This document shows, one piece after another, positions 23,631 to 33,000 of a DNA stretch of 33,000 nucleotides. The translations under genes were made by a program, and so were the position numbers. Location of the stretch: assembly GCA_051294905.1 (NCBI GenBank), contig CM119385.1:14012001-14045000 (forward strand), read 5' to 3'. Under the pieces are notes generated by a model. It worked only from the letters and a program-made list of their open reading frames with translations. It had not been told where the DNA came from and made no database searches. Source of the stretch: Botryllus schlosseri (Eukaryota). Every line of letters begins with the position of its first letter. The first letter of the stretch is position 1.

Positions 23631-24499
23631 CTCGCCATCTCATCCGCGTAAGCGGTGTCTTACAAAAAGCCTAGAAGTGGGCCGTGTCACAAGTCGGCAT
23701 ATACGGAATCGAAAAATAAGGAATATCGGCCCGACCATGGTAGTCGACAAACACCATGAATATCACAAGAACAACTACAACAACAGCAACCAATTTTAAT
23801 TATTTTCACCATAATTCGTGATGTAACTACTGGAATTCTTTACAGGGCCAGATTTCGTTAAAATAGTAGTTTTTTCATGTGGAAATTTGTCAGTTTTTGA
23901 GCCAAAAACTTTTTCAGGGCAAACTGCTTCATTAGGACAAATAGTTCCAAGCAGAAATGAAGATAAGTCGAACAATTTGAACATTATGCACGATAACACC
24001 TAATTTGCATACGTGAGGTCAAAATTTTGTCAAAATTCAGTTTTTATAGGTCAAAAAAAGTCAAAATTTTGATTTTTTAGGTCAGAATTTTTCGTTTTTA
24101 GATAAAAAAATCGCCCTACTGATAGCGTACCGCTTACCAGTCATTGGTATGGGTGACTAATATCTTGTACACGGGAGTTATGTAGACTATTGAGAATATG
24201 GAACACAGCTATGACCATGTCACACTATTGAACACTATATATTGAGACCAGAAGGCTATGGAAACTATTGAGACTATTTAGGTCCAGAAAAGTAGCAAGT
24301 CTCGAAATAGCGAGACATTCAAAATGACCAGTGCCAAAGGAAAGACCGTCATAACAGCGATGCATTCAGAATATCGGGTGTTCGACTGTTGCTACTCCTG
24401 TTGCTTCGATTCGAAATGTATGTTCGAACCATATGGCATAAAAATGATTCGAATCGATTTCGACTCAGTGATTCGTTTTGCGCAACAGCGGCCTCGAAT

Positions 24500-25167
24500 T
24501 GTAATAAATATTTCTGGAAGAGACTTAACTGCGTTGCTGACTTTAGGATATAGTTGCGCCAGCTTCTAACGCCATTAGTGACCTTGGTGCAAAAGACTAA
24601 CCGGTGAAAAGCGTCTAATATCCTTGCAATAAACAACAACAACAGCTGCGTCAGATTTATGGGGATTGAGAGATGAGGAATTTCTGTTGGTGCGTGGTGT
24701 GCGATTGCCAGCCAACGTAACAAAGTTCAGGTGTATTGTGTGATTAACTGGTTATTCTATTCATGTCTATTATGTACCATGGCACCCAATAAACCAAAAG
24801 ACAACTTTCATGCCGATTCAATCAAACGCTTGATGAATCTGCACGATGCATTCGCAACCGTGAGCGCAACGCTCCCTCAATTGAATCCATGGATAGCGTA
24901 CAGATGGTCAATAACAAAAACAATGTCATCCATATAGTGGGTCTTGTAGCTCTGACAATGACGTGCCTTTACCTCTCGAGTCAAGTTGTTGGCTCTTTAT
25001 GGTATAGCGAAGAATATTTTTTTGCGTTTGCGGCTTCTGACCGCAATAGAACTTATAAAAAACCTTCAATATTTGACGAAAAAGTAGACTACTTTTCTGA
25101 GCCTATTTCAATGATAATAGTTTTGTTTCATTTTGATATTCGGCACTGGTATACAGGACGTCAATAG
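24500..25167 (+). pseudogene. Possible decayed 7TM (rhodopsin-like GPCR) coding sequence
   Basis: Hydrophobic segments occur in a TM3/TM5/TM6/TM7-like order: DLTALLTLGY, VINWLFYSCLL, a polar loop, VIHIVGLVALTMTCLYLSSQVVGSLWY and ISMIIVLFHFDIRH. Stops and frameshifts are present, and there is no canonical DRY or NPxxY. Confidence 0.25.
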
Positions 25168-28100
25168 TTGCTTCGCATTTATGGCCTGAGAAAATGGCTC
25201 TCCCGTATATAATAACCACCAACCATGCAGTACTAACGAATTCTTAAGCGATCCGTTTTCTCGGAAATGTTGTGGTCGTGGCACAAGACATCCCCAGAAT
25301 CTGATACAACGCTAATGTGGAGGCGTTACCTACTACACCGACTAGAAAGCAAGGCGTTAACTCCTAATCATTCTGTACAGCTTACAAGATGAACTTCAAC
25401 CTGTTTATTCAATATACCGCCGCCTTCGCCGAGATATTGCAGCCTTCGTCTGAAGAAGTGGCTGAGGCCTGTCATGAAGTCGCATCATCGAACATACAGT
25501 TGTGTGCACCATAGAAATTGCCGATGCAAAGTGATAGTGATGAAACTACCCTTCCAAGAGAGTCCCAACCGACAACCACTGATGAATGAATTCATGATCA
25601 TGATCATCGATCATTCATGATATTGCATTAATCAATAATTATCATAATAGTTTATCGGCAGTTCCGCGTGGAAGAAAAGATAATTGTCAAGTCCTTTGAC
25701 AACACTGCAAACAAAATGCGTCGGCCTTAATACGGCAGATATTTTACAATGAGATAAGGCGCTTGTAACAACCTATTCTTAATATTTGAAATATGCGGAT
25801 CATCAGAGATGGACCTACAAACCGAAAAGCGAAGAATTACGCGATATGTTCAACGGAGAAAAAATAGTAGCCTACACGTTCGCTATCAGATCCACCACCA
25901 TCGGATGACATCCTGAAAATTGGTCGTTACTATGCCCGCGATTCCAAAAATAACGAAATTTTACAACATGCTTGACTTACTTAGAGATCTTATAGTAGAT
26001 GTGCAATCGAGCATGAAGTATAAAGGCATATCTGGTAGTCATGATGTAATTGCAATAGCGTGCTACGCAGTCTGAATTACGTCCGTAACCGTCCAGATAC
26101 CGTGAAAAAAATTTGGAAGTCAAGTACCGACCCTGAAATAAAAGTATAGGTGGATCTTCAAATTGAAGCACCAAATGCCTCTCAAATACTGTCTTGACAT
26201 TCGTTGACATGAACTTCGTTATTTTGCCAGGATCTCAATAGTATTCCGCAGTCCCAATCATCTTCAATATTATTCCATAGTCTTAAAAGTTTTCTATGTT
26301 ATATCGTAGTCTTAATGGTATACATAGCTCCCGTGCGCAAAGTAGAGGAACCCTCATTGATTAGTTATTTGCGTGAGCAACCGTCTCTGAATCACTTGCG
26401 CTTTGACTTTGTTATTTGTTTTCCGGTTCGACTGATCACGCGCGATAATGTTAGCCGCACATTGCACTGCGTTGCGCTTTATAAACATCATTTGTTTTAT
26501 TCGCTAACCTAGTTTAATAAATTACTGGTTCATGTCAAAAATATGTAGTTAAATACGCACTCGTAGATATCACGCATCCTTCAAGGGGACCACAATAAAT
26601 CAGTACAAGCACCAATGTTTGTCCGAATATTGACACATGAACCTACCTGCCGATACGATTTCAATTTACTTCTTAGGATTTGTACACGGTAATGGGTTAA
26701 TGCAGGATAGAGTCGGAAAACAGAGGCAGATATCAATGTTCTTCTTGTCAAGAGTGTATTTGCGATTCTAGGTAATATGTTTGTCGCGAAAAAGACAAAC
26801 AGCAGTAATGTATTCTAACTCTTACTGTCATTCATATTATTCTAATCAAAAAAGCAAATAGAAGCGATAATGCGAGTTATGGATATATTGTGTATCAGAT
26901 AAGTTTCCTCTCCCGCGACGCCAGACCACTTTGGGAGATTGTTTTATAATATCTCGGGCGTGACTGTTTGTGTTTTTTGAAATATAGCATTATTTTTCTA
27001 TGGGTGAAAGTACTTTAAATATTGATTGATATTTTCAATTGGCTGTGTTAAGAATCCGCTTATCTACTAGCGCCTGGAATTGTGCGGATGCAATTTCGAC
27101 CATTTGCTGACATACATTGGAAAGATTGCCTGATAAATCGATGTTTAATGAGTGACTAAATACAATGTACGCTGTGAAGATGCTTGGAATCCAGATACAA
27201 ATATATTTCCTAAACAGCGGAATGGTTTTGAAGGCGATGCGCGGAAATCATTTCTTGATAATTTGAAAGTAATCTGTTTTATTTCAAGAGTTTCAACTGT
27301 TTACCTATCTTCCCACCCACTACAATGCCATATGCCCTCCTGCTCTATCGAAATTCCAGTGACGTGTGGAATCTTCGGTTACTGAGGGCTTGAACTTAAA
27401 TAACACACCAAGGATATATCGTATATTTACTGCGGGGATTGTTTATAACTTCGTAAGCTGCGATACTCGACTGACACACATTCGTCGGAAAAGGGCGGCG
27501 CGATCACAAGTACTTTGCTATTGTCGCTTATAGAATATAGAAATTCATATTTCCCCAAACGCATTGCATTCTGCTGTCTGATAATGATGCCTCTCTTGTG
27601 ATCGGTGCTAGTGATATGTCAATCAACTGTCTGTCAAATTAGTACTAAGCCAGAACAATGGGACAGTGAGCATTGTTTATGGATAAAGTAACTCAAGACT
27701 TTTGGAGAAATACGTTTTTGGAAATTACTGCGTCCTCCAAATGCCGGAATGGCATCGTTTGAAACAATAGCGCAGTCAATGTATACTCCGAAAGAATATT
27801 CTTGGCTTGTCAAATTTTTTTGATGTGTCAAACGTACTCCAGTCGCACCCGACCTCCGTCAATAGCAATAGCGGCAACACTGTAATGCTTCCGTAATCAG
27901 GGAAGTAACAAAAATTGAGGAAAAACTAATCGAGAGCAATCAAAATTTAGGTTGGCAGTGGAAACAAATGTGCGATTTATGACAAAAGACCAGGAGTAGC
28001 CAAATTGATTAAGCCGCACTAACATTGCCGCACCGTAGCAACGTCAGGCCATAACTTTCGCAGTGTACACGATGCATCTAAATAAGACCATTGCACCAAA

Positions 28101-30302
28101 CAGGCTTTGTCGACTGCTAACCACGTATGCATATATATTGCCTAAATGTAATCAACGGGCCCATATGCACTGCACATAGTCATCAATGCTATTATCGACC
28201 ATTTTGTATGGATGATTTCCGTGTTTAAATCTAAAAGAGCACTATCTCAGTACCGTATGTTAGTATGTAGGTAGTGATTTTATAATTATTTATCGACAGA
28301 GTGATAAATACTAGGTTTTATGGTTCAAATATACGACTTGAATGTTTGCACACCGCAAAGTGTAAAGTCCAACAGTTCCTATTTTATTTCCTACCGGATG
28401 ACAACTGGAATATCTCTCATAAATTTGACTTTTTATTGAAATTTTAATGCCATTTAAGAGAAGAATGGTAATGTACGTTTGTGTGATTTTGAAATAGATT
28501 AATGACCTAGCAAATAAGCGATTGCCACGCGAACATTAAACGACTACATCGACAAATTGATATGATCATTTTGCGACACATGTCGTTATGTCTTCAAACT
28601 GTACGTAAATCTACGGCAATGTTGTAGCGTAATAGTAACAAAGTCACGAGGGTCCGAATAATAAGTCTATTTTCACATTGAGGTATAGTATATGCGAGGT
28701 AAATCAGTTTCTTTTGATTCATGATGGAATACAAGTCAAGATCGTAACCGCAAAACGAATTTCAGTAGAACTGTAGTCGTATCGAAGTTGAACAACGCAC
28801 AGATCAACGTCCCGTATATATATTGCATAAGGATAGATATTATTACCACCAGGCTGATATCCATACACCGCAGACTATATTGTCATTTCGTGGGTGTCAA
28901 ACGGGTAGGTACTAGGTAACTCGAGAGAAAGGCCGTATGTCAAGAAAGTGCATGTTGCAATTATTATAATGGGTGCACTCGGCCCGAAACTGAAAGTCAG
29001 CAATATGCTGGTTCGATATATGGATTACAACTTTCAACATGCATTGCATATATACTAGCTGTCATCTCAATACCTGCTACATGTAGGTAATATCTGACTG
29101 ATATAAGTGGCTGGCAATCGATATAGCAATTCGCAATCGCGTTTCAACATGCAGCAAAGTTATATATTTTTCAATTAGTGATCACCCATATAAAATAATA
29201 GTGCGCGATACAGACATTTAAATTCAAAATCATCAAAATTTGACAAACTTATAAAAATGGCGTTGTATGCAATAATTATATCTATGAGATCCAGTTTGCT
29301 GACGCTGGTCTGAACGTTAAGCTTCAACACAACTATAAAGTTATAACACTATAAAGCTATAACATCCCTGTACGTCGAGGTTTACTGCTTATTTTTATAC
29401 TTCGATGGTTTTCATCATTTCCGCGTTTTAACGTTGAACAACGAATGAATTAACACCGTTCAATTATTACCATGGTAAAATTCAGAACGCATTTTGTTTA
29501 ATTGTTCGTTTTAATTCAAAAGTCGACATATGTGAAACGGTCAGAGGTATAGAAAGAAGCATCATCTCATGATTGCGACCACATTTATTTCTTGAATGCT
29601 TGAATAGAACACAATAAGCAATATGCTTACAGCGAATGGAGTCGGATTTCCAAGCTTCTGAATATATTGGTAGTGCGGGAATATTAATGGCGATATATTG
29701 AGTTTATACGTGCATTCATTTTGATGAATACATCCTCAATAAATCGTTGTGAAATGGTATACGTTCAGTATACAACCAAGCATATATATTTGTATTGTAT
29801 ATACATAAAACACGAACACTGATTGCTTGATCTGTATTTATAGATGTAGGCTATCAAGGTCCAGTATAATGGTTGACCAATGTATGGTTCCATTAAATGA
29901 CATTCAAGTATAAACATTTCAAACTTACGCAAAGTCACACTATTATTTCCACGCAAGACATGAAGAGGTTGGACCATTAAATTGCGATGAAGAATTATCA
30001 AGGGTTTTAGAGATAGAGATAATTACAAATGAAGAATCAAAATTGCACAAGCTACGATTATATTTTTGAGGCAAAGTGTGAATTAAGCTAATTAGTTCAA
30101 TTACTTTTATTAATAATATTGGTAAAAACGTGGAAATGGCGCTTATGCAATCAAACGCTTTGTGCGCCACGCCTATGCATTTTATTGTGGTGTGATCAAA
30201 TGACTATATACAGCAGCTGAACTGCATGTAACTACATCATGCCAACGGCATCCTTATTAATCATACATTCTCCCAATTGTCAAAAGCCCTTCAACTAAAA
30301 TA

Positions 30303-30520
30303 TTACTTCGCTATATTTCCTTCGCTGTTGTTTACGCAGAGTCTCTAAAATGTTGAAGCTTCCAATCCAGAAGGAGTGATTGCAGATGAATACGGAGATT
30401 GGCATTCCGTGAAATTGATAGCAACGTTTCCATTATCGTCTGAGGGAAAGGGCTACTTTGGGAAGATGGTCCCATTTTTTGTGCGACCACTCTTCGAAAT
30501 GTCAATGATTGATTTATTTC
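30303..30520 (-). pseudogene. Decayed FN3 domain
   Basis: A single frame reads TIFPK*PFPSDDNGNVAINFTECQSPYSSAITPSGLEASTF*RLCVNNSEG. The two TAG stops fall where the conserved FN3 Trp and Tyr would be, each one substitution from TGG and TAC/TAT. Confidence 0.5.
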
Positions 30521-30585
30521 ACTAAATTTTCGTCAGGTATTGATATTGTCAGGTAGATTTCTGTGTGAACGCGAACGTGAACCTA

Positions 30586-30603
30586 TGACGTCACGTGACG
30601 TCA
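30586..30603. promoter_or_regulatory. 18-bp perfect palindrome: two CRE sites (TGACGTCA) overlapping an E-box (CACGTG)
   Basis: TGACGTCACGTGACGTCA is read directly. Function is unproven and it may be part of a repeat. Confidence 0.3.
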
Positions 30604-31539
30604 CATTGATAATTTCAACCCTGCAAAGTGTACATTTCAGTAAAGTGATATATTATTGTACACAATACCTACCGACGACTCAGGCCACATTATGCCACAA
30701 TGCTGAAGTATACACGTTAACTTTTTAAATGTCACCTAATTTATCAACTGTAGCAATCCCAAGCTCTAATAATTTCATAAAATCAATATCTTCCGTCGCT
30801 TTGGACGAGGACTTGCAACGGAATAAAAGCTTACGTCTTAACGGTCGAGGCCGGACCGAGCAATGAATTTGGCTTCTGACTATATTGCAACATTGATATT
30901 GAGCAGAGTGTAAACGGGTTTCTATATTTGTTACTAATATTACCCCACAAACAAGTTATGTAGTAGCCAACACCCAAATCCCACGGATGTGGTTTTTATC
31001 ATACAATAAACATCTCATATGAAGATGGATCCCGTACGCCTGTTAGATTTTTTTTACATTAGACAACGATGTATTCAATATATCAATTTCATTGATTGGT
31101 TGAATATGAGTCGTTTTCTGACGACCTTCATGTAATGTATTTCGTTCTTGGTGTTGTGTGATTGTGGGTCAAGCTCACAGCAGAAAGTCACTAAATATAC
31201 ACAAACGGAATGCTGAATATTTCGAGCAAGCTTTTGTAACAAAGCAAGGAAATTTTTTGTGATTGGGAAGGTGCATGCTTTTTTAGTGTTGATTTTTTAT
31301 GCTGCCAGCGTCATGCATAGAGTGGTCCAAAGTAGAAATCCAAAGAATTCCCACAAAAGATGTTCTAATATATTGAAAAGGTTCATAGTGCAGAACCAAC
31401 CAAGGTTCGTTTGTGAACGTGAACCTCTAAATTTCTGAGGTTAACACAGAGAACGCGAACATGGACCTCACGTTCACCCCATTCCTATAACATGTGTAAT
31501 GCGTAATGCTGCCCCATAGTATAACAAATTTAGCGATGA

Positions 31540-32650
31540 CATGGCCGTGTTGCGGATAACTATCGAACGCTGTAGGTAGAAATGATTTTCTGAAAGATTT
31601 GCAGTTTGACACATTCCCTTAGAATTATAATAGTTATATGTATATATGGCGTGATTTTCTGGGAAATCACGTCAAACGTATTGGTCCTTCAAAGATTAGC
31701 GCCTTTCAAGATATATCTTTCTCGTGTTGGCGCGATTATTGATAGCTTCCTGTAATCAGGCACGTTTATTTGATTTCGGTGACTGGTAAGCTGAAGCGCT
31801 CTGAAATTGGAGTGCGGATGAGCAAAACAGTGCCATTCTTACCAGTCCTGCGGAAACGCATCCCACATGTAACAAAAAAGCGCTGCGGTAAAACGATTGC
31901 TTTGCAGTTCTTGTATTATATAGATTGCGACAGCTCTCGAGAAAGATATGTTTAACGGTTTTCGATGTATATCCTCCTACGCGATGATCTTAGGCATAAC
32001 GAGGAAAACAGTATCTAATTTCCTATTCTCGCACAATGATATTGTGATATACGGTACCGTGAAATGATATTCACGTCCACGTGATCTGCAAGGCGTCGAC
32101 CGTGGCTTATTCTTGTTAAGGATTGAAGAACAATGCTCTTCTATGCTGTAAACTTTCTCAGAAAAGCCGTCCACATCATCGGGTGTTGCGAATTTCCAAC
32201 ACAAAGCGTACTTTTCGGAATCAACTTACTATTCTATGATTCAGTCGTGGCACAGGGTTATAACGATATATGACTGTTGGCGTAATACAGCCTTGGTGTG
32301 TTCGTCATGTCAAGTCGGATTTGCCGAGGCTTGGCAGACGAAAATTACTAAAACAATGGAATAGTGTGCTTTATTAACCTATATTCGACAGCACAGAGTA
32401 TAATGCGCCTTTTCCTTCTCAGCTGTTTGAGTGCTCGAGCTGATTTATATATAAGCATATGCATAGTGTTGTGGATATTCTGCCATTTATTGCACAAAAC
32501 TAAAAAGTCTCCATAAATCATCGTCAGAATCACAATAGCAGATTAGTTGGACTAACGAAGTCAAAAAATATGCAAAGTCAGAGCAGTTTAAATAACGGTA
32601 ATGCAATGTCCAAATCTTCCGTCAACATTTAATCTCATTTTGCGCTGGAG
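31540..32650 (-). mobile_element. Decayed, internally deleted L2/CR1-group LINE ORF2
   Basis: In order on the minus strand: ILTMIYGDF (endonuclease GDFN-like), LPSLGKSD (PPLGxSDH-like, 32314-32337), WKFATPDDVDGFSEKV linker, RTAKQSFY, then the 3'-end-like SFRKSFLPTA. The RT core is missing. Confidence 0.55.
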
Positions 32651-33000
32651 CGCACCAAGTTACACGACATCCAATTTCTTTCATTTCCTGTCATGTTTAC
32701 TGGCGAAGTATCGCGTCCGGGTGATTGGTTCCGGTGTTGCCCGCCGTTCACAGTCATGGGGCGTCCGCCCCAATAGGGGGGGCAATCGCTGATGCTCTTC
32801 GGCGACGGAGCAGATGACGGCGATCCATGCGCAGCGAAATCTGTATTTTAGGACATATAGGTTTCTAATTGTCCGCAAAACATTGCGGAGCATCTAAAAT
32901 CCAACCTGAACAGGGAGTTGATTCTGTAGACGCGCAAGTGGCTTCCCTTGTAGATTCTTGTCTTAACGCATGATTTTGAGGGGATGATACTGGAGGTTTC

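Larger units (their letters stand above)
21339..23790 (+). mobile_element. tRNA-like SINE split by a hAT MITE (SINE parts about 21339-21468 and 23639-23790)
   Basis: A-box-like TCGCGCTGTGG, B-box-like GGTTAGAGTCC and a CAA-rich tail. Both halves align contiguously with the 5360-5640 copy. Confidence 0.8.
20820..24118. mobile_element. Second, inverted copy of the 13191-13874 hAT family, split by nested insertions
   Basis: 20890-21210 and 23825-24118 align to the reverse complement of 13191-13874. The right TIR AAAAAAATCGCCCTA ends at 24118. The left TIR was not found. Confidence 0.85.

Noticed and set aside
26850-27800. L1 endonuclease-like motifs on the plus strand (DILCI, NIFP, TAG.F, EYSW)
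   Set aside because: The spacing between motifs is much longer than in real endonuclease domains.
30525-30560. Apparent AG...GT microexon (TTTCGTCAG GTATTGATATTGTCAG GTAG)
   Set aside because: Splice-like dinucleotides are common and no host gene or frame supports it.

Overview
This is AT-rich (roughly 38-40% GC by eye) animal-like non-genic DNA with no intact protein-coding gene, rRNA, tRNA or CRISPR array that I can support. The listed ORFs appear to be chance frames or decayed fragments. The window is dominated by transposon remains. There are at least seven non-autonomous hAT-type DNA elements, three of them with perfect 8-bp target-site duplications, plus two copies of a tRNA-like SINE and several fossil LINE ORF2 fragments. 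The clearest structure is a four-layer nested insertion at 20820-24118: a hAT element carrying a fossil transposase C-terminus contains a SINE, which contains a GATTAC-type hAT MITE, which contains another hAT-like element. Three of the four layers have a separate relative elsewhere in the window. More tentative are several decayed fibronectin type III (FN3)-like segments on the minus strand and a possible 7TM receptor pseudogene on the plus strand. All protein-level calls are by-eye motif matches and need HMM or tblastn confirmation. I found no convincing new functional system.
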